Source: Eledone cirrhosa (Eukaryota). From it: a stretch of DNA of 64,000 bases. The number at the start of each line of letters is the position of its first letter. The first letter of the stretch is position 1. Positions 50,330 to 63,289 of the stretch are shown here, one piece after another. Below the pieces are notes generated by a model, which was not told where the DNA came from, ran no database searches, and saw only the letters and a list, made by a program, of their open reading frames with translations. The stretch is taken from assembly GCA_964016885.1 (NCBI GenBank), contig OZ024743.1, positions 188,170,001-188,234,000 of the forward strand. The letters are read 5' to 3'. Position numbers and translations under genes: made by a program.

Positions 50330-51339
50330 TGCCTTGGTAACGGGTGGTTAGCGAGTGTGATTGCAAGTTGAGTTCTTTCCATAGTAGAAGAGTGAATGAT
50401 GATGATGATGTCTATTGGTTGTAGATAATTGCAATAGCTAACCAATGTGTACATCTGTTGGAAAGCGAATGTGTTTTATCTGTGGGGAAAGTGATTTTCC
50501 CCACTTTCACCTTAAAATTACCTACTACTTCAGACACCTGATGCAAAAGGAGATAACCTAGAAAATACTTGTTAGATGTCACTTGGGGGTCAGTGTGTGG
50601 ATAGATTTGGATACACCGTTACTTCAATTTACTATAAAGTGTCTCAAAAATCTGTCCACTAGCAATGATATAGTAAACATTTGAATTGAACAAATTTTTA
50701 GATATTTTCTCTTAAATCATTATAGAATATTAAAAATTAATCATCCTTTCTTTTTGCCTCCTTTCTTTTCTTGAATTTCTTTCTCTATATCCTTCTTTGT
50801 TTTAATTTTGTATTTATATCCATATTTCTGTCTTTGGTCCTTGTCAACCTTATTTTCATGCTTTTTTGTCTGAACATCATGATTTCTCTTTTCAGTATTT
50901 CTTTCTCTCTTTTTTATTTCTTTCCTTCCTTTTTTCCTTGCCCTTTCTCTTCCTTCTTTCTTTTTTCCTTTGAGAATTATCACAGAACAATGTTAAAATA
51001 CCAACATTAGACTCCCTCCTGCTCACTCTCTCCCCATTCTTTCTCTTTCTCATTTTCTCACCCATGTCCTTAGACCAACACTTCACAGAGTTAAATTTAA
51101 ATGTTACTTAATGTGTTGGCAGGAGAGCAGAAACATAGCCAGGGGATGAAAAGTTTGATATGGAGACTGAAATGGTTCTTCAGAACTATTTATATTCTCA
51201 GGGGGTCTGTCTGCAGTAGTTCAGAATCTTCTTGTCTAGTGTGCTGTCATTGGAAATTAAGCTGCCTTAGTTTCCAAACTGGAAGCATCTGGTTAGTTGT
51301 AATTGTTGTATCAAAATATTGAAGAAAGGACAGTGTAAT

Positions 51340-51900
51340 GTACCATTAATATATGACCAGTTTTCTGAATAGTAACTATTTGGACTTCTTTTATAAACTG
51401 TAATAACTTCCAAGATAGAAAGTGTAAGGTACCAGAGCAAATTCATTGGTATTCTGTAGTCCAATGATATGTACAGGTTTGACATTAATGGAGGCCTGTA
51501 GCCTTCTGATGCTAGAAAGTTTCCTGCCAATCTGAAACTTTATATTGATTACTGCTTCTCTTTTCATCCTTCTACATAACAATGTTTTCACACAGATGAG
51601 GAAAATATTAAACAGTAAAGGAACCACTATGCAACCTTGTCTGACACTTACTTTTACACTGATGGGCTCAGAATTCAGAAGTTCAGTAACAACTAGAAAC
51701 TAGAACCATCATTCTTGTGTAGAACTGCTGTAGGAGATTCACAAACTTGGACTAACAACCACACTTTCCAAGAACATTCCACAGACATTTCTTGTTTACT
51801 GTGTCAAAAGGCTTTAACAGATGCCTAATCACATTAAACAGGCTCTCTGGTGTTTGTCTCTGCATTTTCCCTTGCAATGAAAATTATGTTTACTGTGCTT
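51340..51900 (-). pseudogene. Decayed BovB-like RTE RT
   Basis: VSVRQGCIVVPLLFNIF..INIKFQIGRKLSSIRRLQA. Confidence 0.7.
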
Positions 51901-52949
51901 TAGTCTCTGTAAAAGTCAATCGTACTCATGTGTGATGTTATCTGATATTGATCAGACCAGTCTTTTACAATTTCAAACGATACAAACATTAACAAAATAA
52001 CAAACATTCACATTTTAGATTTTAACATTAAACACTTAAGATAATATCTCTGGTTATAAAACGTAAGGCTTAACCAAATAACTATTTGGCTAAATATCAG
52101 TTATTATAAGGGGTTTATATAGGTGATGGCATCATACTCAATATAATATTCTACATAGTTTATTGAGCTTCGAGTGAAGAAAGACAAATTTGATCCCAAT
52201 TAGATCTGAATTCAGAAACCATAAGAAAGAAATTGAAAAAAACAACAACAACAAAAACTCGGTTAATGTCTTTAACTCTTAATATCATTCAACCAACTGA
52301 ATGTCATTCAACCAACTGAAAATAGCAAATCTCCTTCAAAGTACAAACTACCATCTTAAATAAAAGGACACATTATATGATGCTCTTCTAGATTACATTA
52401 TCTGTGAAAAAAAAGATAGGATTTTTATGGCTGAAATGCCTTTTAATCCAGAGTCTCTTTGATCATAGATAAGTTGGAGCTAAATAACAACAGTAACAGC
52501 TTGCTTTTCTTTCAATATATATCAATTTCTAATTTCAAGGACAGGTTTTGGAAAGGAGAAGTATAGTAAACTGTGATTCTTTCTATAATAAGAGTTGGAT
52601 GAGTTTTCATAAAGTCAGTATTCCAGTGGAGCTAGTGACCTCCTTGATGGGCTAGTGGCCTGCATCTTGCTTACATATGTACTTGCACGCTGTGTGCTAA
52701 GATGGGCCTGCATCATATGCTCTACCAAGGGTATTTTATCATGGTACCAGCACTAGGAAATTTGTCATGTCTTTAAAACAGATGAAGAGTTCAGAAAGTA
52801 TGCTTGAGTATTCTTTTGAATCTGAATCAACAGAATATTGACTCAATGAAAGCTATCAGTTTCACTGATAACATCCCCAAAATTAGGTTCAGGAGGGTGA
52901 TAAATACGGTAATGATAGTCTTCCTCTGCTTCTTCTTCAACTTTTTCCT

Positions 52950-53530
52950 AGGGGGAGAGGGGGGTCAAGGATGTAGAGCTTTCAAATACTCCTGCCAATT
53001 GATTTGGCTTGATACCCATGCGAGACCAACCAAAATCGTGGATGTTATCCAACCATATTACTCAGGGTCTACTCCTGGGCCTCTTGCCAGTTTTTTTGAC
53101 AATAAGATCTGCCAGCAATTCTTTCCTGAGACATTTTAATCACATGTCCATAGTTATCTCTCAATTTGGAGAAGTCATGGCTCTACCTGTAGCAACTATG
53201 ACTTCTGAGCAATGTACTCTATCAAGTAACATTACCCAAAGACCCTTCAAAGGAACCTCATTTCAGCCGATTGTATTCATGATCGTATTCTTTCAGTAAG
53301 ATTCATGTAAGGGTTGGCATGAGTACCAGATTGAAGATAACTAGTTTGGCTTCTTTTTATTAACAAATGATAAAGCTAGTGCATTATAGCACCTGTTCCT
53401 GCAATTCTTGCACTTAATTCAGCCTCCTGCCTTCCATCACTTGTGATCAGGACCCTGAGATACTTGAACTTCTACACCTGCTTCACTGGAATTCCATTCA
53501 CATGTAAAGTGTACTGTGCAAACTTCCTAT
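52950..53530 (-). pseudogene. Decayed RTE RT C-terminal fragment
   Basis: Minus strand QVEKFKYLRVLITSDG-like segment. Confidence 0.6.
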
Positions 53531-53595
53531 CATTATTCTTTTCACACTGGTAATGATAGTGATTTTGAAATTTAAAAAGTTTCTCAACTTAATAA

Positions 53596-53783
53596 TTGTT
53601 TCTACTTTTGGCACAAGGCCAGCGATTACCCAGTGCATTACTGGTACTCTATTTTATCAACCCCGTAAGGATGAAAAAAAAAGTTAACCTCGACGGGATT
53701 TGAACTCAAACCATAAAGGGGTGTAACTATGCTGGAAAGCATGGCGTCCAACCCTCTAACAATACTGCCAATTCACCCACCCT
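53596..53783 (-). mobile_element. TAA-tailed tRNA SINE
   Basis: Same family as 15070-15256. Confidence 0.9.
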
Positions 53784-54173
53784 TAATAATGTTGATGAGA
53801 GTGTGCACAACAGTGCAATCAGTACTGTTGATTCAGAAGATGATGTACTGAGTACCACAATAAATGCAGCAGAAACTCAGTGAAGAGGCTGTAAACTGTC
53901 GAAGAGATTGGTGGTGCCAGCCCTGGTTCTAGGAAACACCCTCCCCCATCTTAATTGGTTCCTATTTAAAATCGAATCTTTCAACATGATTATATATAAG
54001 AACCATATTTTAAGTTACTATCTAAGTAATAAAATAATAGTTCTAGTAAATACCTCAAAATTCTTCATTAATTAATCAAAACTGCATTGCATTAGAAATA
54101 CAGTCACAAAAGGGTTAAACAAATATTTTAAAATTTATTGATTCATAAAAAAAAATTCAGTTCATTCTGTCAG

Positions 54174-54211
54174 GTTTGTGGCATAAAGCATTTACATGTC
54201 ATCCTCTTTGA
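54174..54211 (+). CDS. Candidate phase-1 last coding exon: (G)LWHKAFTCHPL*
   Basis: TTCATTCTGTCAG|G acceptor followed by ~1.9 kb of TE-poor, 3'UTR-like sequence. Confidence 0.3.
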
Positions 54212-54773
54212 CTAGACTGCGTCGCAGAGGGCTTTAGAAACATCTTGAGTTGACAGAAACAACTTGAAACATGAAATCATTTCAGTGACTTGTTCTGTAT
54301 TAAGGCAAACAATTACAAAAGCATTCAATTTACCATATTGAAGAACAACAATATGAAGCCATTAGCAATGTAATAGTTTATTAGACTTTTGAATTGGAAA
54401 ACAGCTAGAATGGAGGCAGTAGCAGCAGCAACTGATGTAAGAGATACACTAGCAGCAACAGCAGCTAAATTCCTTCTATGTACAGTTGAGATGTCAGAAT
54501 TGATGAAAACTCAGTTTCTTTTTACCCTCCTGCATCCCATAATCTCTTTCTCCTTCTTTCTATCTCCACCAGTTTATTTAAGAAACAAACAAAAATTATT
54601 ATTTTGCTTTAACAGTAAACAAACCTCTTAAGCAATTTCACTAAACACAGACACACTTATTCCCTAACAAGCACACTGCATATATGTGTTTGTCTGTGTA
54701 TGAATAGAATATATGTGTGATTATATATATGTGTGTGTGTGTGCGTGTGTGTGTGCACGCATGCGTGTGTATG

Positions 54774-54826
<53 letters not shown>

Positions 54827-56682
54827 ATGTTTATTATGGCACATAAACATTTCATATATGCTTCAATATACAACCCCAGTAACTTCACACTGTTAGAGCA
54901 TTACAACTGTTTATATGAGTGTGTGTGTGTGTGTGTGTGTATTTGTGTGTGTGTGTGTGTGTGTGTGTGAGGTAAATCGTTTATACAAACATATTTTATT
55001 AAATGAAAGAATTAAGGAGGTAATTTGGTAATATAAGTAAACAGATTTTAAAATATTGAATTAAACAACCTAATTTAAGTTGAAACATAATAATAAGAAA
55101 TATTCTAAATTGAAGTAAACAACAGTTGAATGTTGATGAAGTATTTTAAGCTTACAGTAGATATATATTATGGAAGATTACATTAGTGGAAACAAAGTAC
55201 AGAATACATCTAAAGTTTATATAAAAACGAGCACTATGTTTGTAGAAAGATTAAGATTCTTTCATTATAGAAATATTCTAGAAACATATGCACATACATA
55301 GCAGGTGTCCTTGTTTGCCTAATTATATCTAAGACTTAATTATAAAAGAAAAAAATATGTGGCAAGAAGTAGAGATGAAAAGTACAAACTAGAAGTATCT
55401 AGTCAAATATGAAAGAAAATAAATGTTCAAATTTGTATTCATATGTAATTTACTCTTGCTGTAAAATGAATCCCATGGAGACATTTTCTTTTTTTGACAA
55501 TTGAACAGTAAATACTTCTCTCTCCTTCCTGAACTACTGCAGATAGTAATTGAAGACTACTCATTAAAATCTAAATAAGTATCTGCCTGAGCACAAATTC
55601 ATTTACATAATTTACAAAGTTGAGGACTGGAGAGTAATGACTAAAATCTTAATATAGATATAAGGACTCATTACCAAATGCATTTAGCCTCACTGTGAAA
55701 TTAGGCCCACAAGTAATTTTAATGTTATTTAATAATTCATCCTAATAACATTATGCAAAAGAAAAAAAATTCTGCCTAGGTATGTACAGTAATTGTTTAC
55801 ATATTAATAGATAGCTTCCAGCTACTACCATTGTCAGTTTGAAAAGGCAAGGTTAAAGAATCCTAATGAATTATTAAATAACAATTACACAGGTGAGTTT
55901 GATTCTCATCACTAGTTGGTGTGAGTTGACAGAGAATATTAACAGCATCATAGATTGCATTCCAAAGAAAATTGATAGAACTTAACAATGTTGAGGACTA
56001 AACATTAATTACTCAAGTCTTCAGAGGGCTTGAGATATAAATAAATAAATATAGAAATAGTATTAGCAAGACATTAGAAAATATATGTGTAGTGAAAAAT
56101 AAACACTACCCTTTTAAATGGCAAATTGACAGAGTAAATAAAGTGTTTGACAAAATATATTGTGGTATATTTTCCAGCTTTCTGAGTTTAAATCCTTCTT
56201 TTGAGGTTGACAAAATAAAGTATTAGTTAGTGTGGTGGATTGTTTAGGCATTAGGAAAGATGCCTGACAGTATTTGTTCCAGCTCTTTGCATTTTGAATT
56301 TAAATCCTCTTATACAGTTTTGTATAGCAAGCTTAATCTGTTGCTCAGTTTAACACCACCATTTGATCCTTGGGTACCTTTAGCTGAGTCCACTCTGCTA
56401 CAAACGTTTGTGCCATGTTTTTGGTTTGAGATACTATAGTTCCTCCCCTCCACCAATCTCAGACACCCTGAAAAGAGTCAAGGACATAGTATTTTCCTTT
56501 GCCTAGTAAATAATGCGCAGGTTAAGTAAGAATTTTATTGCTATTAATGTGTGTAATGGCCTTTTAATGTTGACTGTCAAACATTAAGTGCCATCTGCCG
56601 CATTACATACATACAGACACACACAAACACACACATATGTATATACACATACACACATACATACATACACACATACATACGT

Positions 56683-56725
<43 letters not shown>

Positions 56726-56728
56726 CAC

Positions 56729-57548
56729 AGGATATAAGGAAAAACTAGGCAACATTTGTTGAAATTGAAAGAAACTTGTATTATTCAATTATGCAACACT
56801 AACAATTAGATTCGATCCCACATCTCTGCCTCTATTTTCATGATAATTCCAGCATCCATAGACACACACATTAACTCTCTTTTATTACAACCATATATAT
56901 CTCTTTACTCAAATGTGTCAACAATCTAACTATCTTTCCTCATCTCACTTGGTGCCATCAAACAGCCTAAATTATAGGCATCAACTATGATATTTTCCTA
57001 TTATCTTTCCTCATCCTTTGTTCTTTTCTCATAAATTTTATATATTGCACTAACTTTCACCTCTTCTGAAATACATTCTCTTTCATTTTAACAGGCCCAC
57101 ACCCCTAATGAACTACACCTCACAACCAGCAGCGATTGACCAATAACAAATTATACTTCTCCAATTGACTCCACTCCCATTTTTCTAATGACCCACTAAC
57201 ACAATATATTGACTACTTTCAGCGTTTTTTACCACCACTTCAGCTTGTACACCAATGTATTGTAAGTATGCATGTACATTTGTATATCTTTTAAAATTTA
57301 CCTGTAAATAAGCTAGTATACTTGACTATAGATACATCGATGATGCATCTGTGTGTGTATATAATTTACTATATAATGACGATCTCGTCCACTTAACTTC
57401 AGTTTCTTGGGAATCTCTATGATACCAAGCAGAATTTAACTATACAGTATAACATAATAATTCAGATTGTATAACTGTATTGAAACACGTGTATAATAAA
57501 AGTTTTTTTAAACTTCAACAAATGTTGCCTAGTTTTTCCTGATATCCT
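56729..57548. mobile_element. Penelope-like relic bounded by ~40-bp inverted repeats
   Basis: AGGATAT.AGGAAAAACTAGGCAACATTTGTTGAA and its reverse complement at 57514-57548. GAAA-CACGTG-TA hammerhead half-core at 57482. Confidence 0.5.
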
Positions 57549-57725
57549 ATTTATATTCCTGTGGAATACTCCTTGAAATCTATGTACCATACTTGATGAA
57601 GCATCTCATATCATCAAGATATTTATGTTACACAACTTCATCGACTATTTTGAGCACAACTAACTAGTAAATTATCTCTTTTCTTTTTGTTATGCACAAT
57701 TAGCCTACACACACACACACACACG

Positions 57726-57758
<33 letters not shown>

Positions 57759-57884
57759 GTGTAGGAGGTGAGTTTTATTGTAGCACAATAAAGCAATGTA
57801 AATATCGGATAAGTAGCACTCAACAGTTATTAGGACTGGAGTATAAATAATATAAAATCAAAAGTTGTTTAAAAGAGTTCCATG

Positions 57885-57955
57885 TATTTTATTATGTGCA
57901 TTTCAAAAACAAATATCATCATGGGACGATATTTGCGTTCTCATCAGATAAAATA
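57885..57955 (-). ncRNA. Minimal type-I hammerhead ribozyme
   Basis: TATTTTAT-CTGATGA-stem II (CAAATATC/GATATTTG)-GAAA-TGCACA-TA-ATAAAATA. Confidence 0.75.
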
Positions 57956-58055
57956 GGGAGACATGATATGAAGCTTAAAAAACACTTGCGAGCAGTGAAG
58001 TGTTAAATCAACAAACTGCTCGCAAGTGTTTTTTAAGCTTCATATTATGTCTCCC

Positions 58056-58126
58056 TATTTTATCTGATGAGAACGCACATATCGTCCCATGATGATATTT
58101 GTTTTTGAAATGTGCATAATAAAATA
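58056..58126 (+). ncRNA. Minimal type-I hammerhead ribozyme
   Basis: TATTTTAT-CTGATGA-stem II-GAAA-TGTGCA-TA-ATAAAATA. Stem I is 8 bp and predicted cleavage is after 58118. Confidence 0.75.
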
Positions 58127-58999
58127 CATGGAACTCTTTTAACCATCTTTTCATTTTATATTATATATATATATACATCATCCAAAGAAAGTGCATGAGC
58201 AGCTGGTAGTAAGCCCTCTATGCTCCTGTTAATCGATGTATGTGATGACCAGCAAGCCTCAGAAACGTGACCTCACCACCAATCCCTAAATCTGTATGTA
58301 GATAGTAACTGGGTATTAGAGTATGCATAAGTGTTGAGCTAAAAATTGCTTGAAAGATTTAACATTTTAACACAGATATTTATAAGAATCCTTTCTCGGT
58401 AGAAATGAAAAAGAAAAAAAAATTATAAAGTACTGGAGAGAAAAATACAATTATAAAAATGAAATGAAAAAGGGAGGCTTAAAGTAAGTGTATATAATCA
58501 TACAGACAAAAAATAATTAAAATTCAAAAGTGTAGAAGAAATTAATTCTATAGACAAAAATTCTCTGTACAAGATAGAAGTTATCTAAGAAAATACAAAA
58601 GGAAATATATTAATGCAAGGTTTTATTTCTCCAAACTTGGAAGTAAATTACAAAATAACCGAAAAGAAACTGTATTTCATTAGGGCGTCTCTGACTAATA
58701 TGTCAAAGGCAAATGTAAAAGTGATGGTAAATTACATAGAAACAGAACTGAAGAACAGACAATCTGGCTCTATAAATAAAAGTATTTTTACAATGATATT
58801 AAAGAATATAAGACTAACTGAATTACAAAAAATTTAAAAAAACAACAACAGCAGCAACACAAACATCATTAATAATAATAATAAAGAAGAAAAAACTTTT
58901 AATACATTTACAGTATTTTTCATAATAATAATAGAGAAAAAATTAAATTAAATACATTTCTAAATAGCTTATAGGGAAGTAACTTCACAACCCTTACAG

Positions 59000-60650
59000 G
59001 TTAGTTGTTACTGGCTAGATAAAGTCAGCGTTTCTTCAACAAATATCTGTGGCTCAGGTACTGTGGATTTGGATGGAGGATGGAAACTCCAGTATTCAGG
59101 TGTGGCACCAAAAATGACTACATGTGGGATTGGGGATACTCACAAACCCCAGGCTGTCAGAATGTGCTATGGACTGGATCCCATTTGGAGGGAGGATTTA
59201 AGTTTTGAAGTTTAGGCTGAAAGATAGGTCTCTATGGGTTGTGTAGGGTTATGCACCAAGCAAGGAATCTGAATAAAGATCCTTCCTGGATGAAGTCACT
59301 GCAGTGTTCCTGATGGAAGACTTCAATGCACATGGATTGGGGGCTTTATTAGACTGCTATTCTAGCAATCGACTCACTATTATGAACATCTTCTTCCAGC
59401 ACAGAGACAGCCATAAATATTCATGGTATAAGGGGAATCAGGGACAGCGATCAATAATGGATTTTGTTATTGTCTCTGATATCTTCAATTCTGTGTTGGA
59501 TGTTAAGAGATAGGCTGAGACTACCCAAAGCCCACAAATCTAGCAGGTCAAGGTCATCTTACAGGATAAAGTGGGAAATGTTGGTGGATAAGGAATGCAG
59601 ATATTATTTCATTCAAATTCAGAGAACTCCGTGAGGAAGCTGATGACATTGAAGTGGAGTGCAGACTGTTCAGCCATTAAATGCTGTGGCCAAAAGGTGG
59701 CTTGGTCTGGCGCCAAATGGCAGGAGGTTCTCTCAGTTTAATCAAGAGGTCAATGATCCCATCTAAATAAAGAAGGAGGCCTACACATCTTGGCTTGAAA
59801 ATGAGTCCCCCTTCTTGTACTTGCAATATAAGCAGGCATAAAAAGTTGCATTAGAGACAGTAAAAGCATCAAAAGTCAAGGCATGCAAGGACTTTTGGGT
59901 TAAGCTGGAATCTGACTTCTGATCGGCAAATAGTTCTGGCAGGCCATCTGCCAACTTCATGATAAGAAGTTGCCCTCCACACCTGTTATCAGGAATGCAT
60001 TTGGAGTTCTCCTCTCTTCAGTGAGATACATCCTCATGAAGTGGAGAGAATACTTTGCTGATCTCCTAAATCTGATCACAATAGCATCTTCTGATATATA
60101 CAAGGTGCATCTGTGATTCATGACTAATCTCTCGAAGGCTGAAGCCACAAGAACAATTAAAGAGCTCCAAATGAGGCAAGACCACTGGGGAAGATGAATT
60201 TCAGCCCAAGATATTAAAAGCCTTAAACTCAGAAGGTATTTTCTGGCTGACTCGTGTATGCTGGGTGGCCTGGAATTCTGGAAAGGCACTTAAGCAATGG
60301 GAATCAGGAATGATTATCCCAATTTCCAAAACAGGAGATGAGAGAGTGCTCAAAGTATAGAAGGATCTCCTTGTTAAGCCTCCCACTAAAGTCTATATTA
60401 AGAATCTGGCAAACTGATGTAGGAAGATTGTCAACTCCAAGCTAGCTGATAAACAGTGTGGGTTTTGCCATCGACACAGCACAACTGACCAAATATTCAC
60501 ATTGTAGCAGGTCTTTGAGAAGTCGTGGGAGTATTGCTAACAGTTGTATTTTGGATTTGTAAACCTCAAAATGGAATATGACTACGACCCATGGATCTGC
60601 TGTGGAAGGTTCTGCAGGAGTATGGGATCCACGGACAGCTTCGTGTTTCC
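59000..60650 (+). pseudogene. Decayed RTE LINE (APE endonuclease through RT N-terminal half)
   Basis: EDFNAH, LTIMNIFFQHRDSHKYSWY..RSIMDFVIVS, QCGF..STTDQIFTL..FEKSWEY. Confidence 0.85.
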
Positions 60651-61098
60651 ATATTTTTCAATACTCTAATAATTCCCCCAGTCAACCACCCTAAATTGTT
60701 GATGTATTATCCACTCCAGAAAGATGAACTGCAAAGTTGAAATCAGTGAAGATTCAATTCAGAATGCAAGGAGCTAGAATAAATATTGCAAGATAGTTAA
60801 TCCAATGCACTAATTCTTCTGCTAATTCACCATGAAATTATATTAAAATAATTAAAATTTTCAAGCAATTAGACACTATACTACGGTACAAACCTGAAAG
60901 CAAATACCATAATTATATTATTATAGGAAATTTTAAAATATTACAAAACTAAAGGCCCAATTGAAAAAATATTTGACCCATAGAAAAATTATATTAGAAT
61001 TTGTTGGTAACCATTGAAAAAAATCACAAACAAAAACTAAGAAAAGGTTAGCCAATCTTAAGAGATCTCAATAATATAACACATTTAAGAGTGTCCAT

Positions 61099-61313
61099 TA
61101 ACCCTTTAGCATTTACACTACTCTATATATACTATTATATTTTCATGGTAAAGGCTTTATGTCACATAATATCAAATCTATGAGATTTTGATATTATTTA
61201 TTTCGAGAACAATACCTTAATATCAGTATGAGTAGTCAGTTATGGCTGGTTTTAACAGAAACAGGTGGGAGAATGTTGGCTGGATACAATCGGTTTAAAT
61301 TCTAAAGGGTTAA
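61099..61313. mobile_element. Uninterrupted TTAA-flanked MITE (~215 bp)
   Basis: TTAACCCTTTAGCATTT ... AAATTCTAAAGGGTTAA. Confidence 0.9.
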
Positions 61314-61559
61314 AGTATGCTACAGAGATTTGACAAATGAAATAAATGAATTGCCAATATAACGTTTTTTGTCTTTTTAAAACAGCTAAAATGCCTATTC
61401 CTCAATATAATTGCTTCAGCTTTAATATATAGTCTCTGATCAAGTCCTTTGCCAAAGAGTACAATTCCAACATTTGAAATAAATACATAGATTCTTAGTA
61501 ATAAAAACTTTATAGAAGATATTCAGCAATTCTGCATTTATACATAAATGTTTTATGTC

Positions 61560-62530
61560 TATAATGAACAAATTAATGAAAATAACAAAAGCAATACTTC
61601 TGAACAAAATAGATGGTGACAAATACACAAAAAGATGAAGTAAAATATGAACTAAATTATCATAATGAAGTGGAAAATATATATTGAATTCCTAATCTAT
61701 GTAAATATCCAATAAAAGCTGGGACCATATCTATCTCAAAGATCCCTTTAAAACCTTTCAGCTATTAGGATAAGAAATATATTGAAACTATTACTTAAAA
61801 TTTGTAGAAGCATATAATGCCAAAACTGAATTATTGACATTGTAAACAGAGTTATAAAGATATTAGGCAGCTTAAACAAAAAAGGCACCAGAATAGAATA
61901 TAAAAATGAGGATTTTAGGATTTCTCAACACTTTATAGAAAAATATGATTAGACAAATTTAAAGAAGTTTATGCAAGAAAACGTAGAATTTTGGTTTCAT
62001 AGAGAGATATAAAATTGTATATAAATTTAGCAAAATGAATTAACATAAAAGAGAATTGAGTCAAGTCTCAGTAGAGTTGCCATTATAAAAGCTATAAACA
62101 TTTTAATAGATAATCCATATTTTAAATTACATAAATTCATCTTGTGCTAAATAAGTTGGATTTTTTAATGGTCCTAAATTATAGCCCCCATTTATCAAAT
62201 TCATATCTATAAAATTTTGAAAATAAACTGGAATAAGAAGAAAAATACAAATAAGTATAATAGCATAAGCAAATTTACAATTTCAGATACATGATAGATA
62301 TTCTAATTGCAATTGATAATATTGGATTCTAAAACAATTTACAAAGAAGTATATCCAACAGATTTAGTATTGAAACAACAATAAATTAGCCTATTTTTTA
62401 GAAACAAATATCAATAAGAAACAAATAGAACAAATCATCAAGGAATTACATGATAAAAGAAATATTTGGTAATTGGATATGGGAATATCATAATTTAAGG
62501 GTACTATAACTAGAAAAATATTTCATGTAA
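61560..62530 (+). pseudogene. Decayed Penelope-like RT
   Basis: FRYM(I)DILI, KEVYPTDLVLKQ and LHDKR resemble PLE FRYIDD..IYP.EL.L..LYDKRD motifs. Confidence 0.55.
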
Positions 62531-63289
62531 TTTGGCTACGTCACTAGTGTGCAGAACAAAATCCTCTGAGTTAAAATCCTGCGGCAGTTAACTTTGCATT
62601 TCATCCTTTTGGGGCCAATGTAATAAACTACCATTCCAGTACCAGAGTCAATTCTTCCTATATATCTATTTCTCACTTCTTTGTTCCCTCTGTCTACTTT
62701 TCTGGAAAAAGTCAGATGCATTCCAACCTAGAGAAAGAGGACTTCAACCAGGTTTTAAATGCTCAAGCTGTGTCATGTATCAAAACTATGTCCCTATGAT
62801 CCATTATGAGTTAAAGGCCCTTTACCATAAATTAGCTTACCATTTCTGGATTGGTCAAATTGTTACAGCATTGGACAAAGTGCCTTGTGGTGCTTGTTCC
62901 AGCTCTTTGTATTCTGAGTTCTTGAGTGACTTTAAGTTCACTCTACTGCAAACATTCAAGTCAGGTCTCTTGTTTGAGGTTAATTCCCTCCTGTCATCCG
63001 ACCAGTCTTAGAGGCTCTGATAAATAAAAGACCATGAGTATGTCCCACTCTAAAGAAGAAGTAAAACCATGCACACATAATTTCTAATATTGGGGAAAAA
63101 CAAAATAAGAGGTTTCCAAAAATACTGTTTTGCAGAATTTTGAAAATAATATATTAATAAAGTTAAAAAGGACAGTATGGTCACAGATGGAATGTCTTTG
63201 ATCAACGGTGTTATCCTGGGGCTAAACAATAACGAAGATCCTGCATAAAACTATTATATATCAGAATATTTAAGTGTGTTCGTGTAGAT

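Larger units (their letters stand above)
57848..58163. repeat. Near-perfect palindrome (~149-bp arms, 18-nt spacer), Penelope pLTR-like
   Basis: 57848-57996 is the reverse complement of 58015-58163 with few mismatches. Confidence 0.95.

Noticed and set aside
58613-58837. 74-aa Lys/Asn-rich ORF
   Set aside because: No diagnostic motif; probably A-rich remains of a decayed retroelement.
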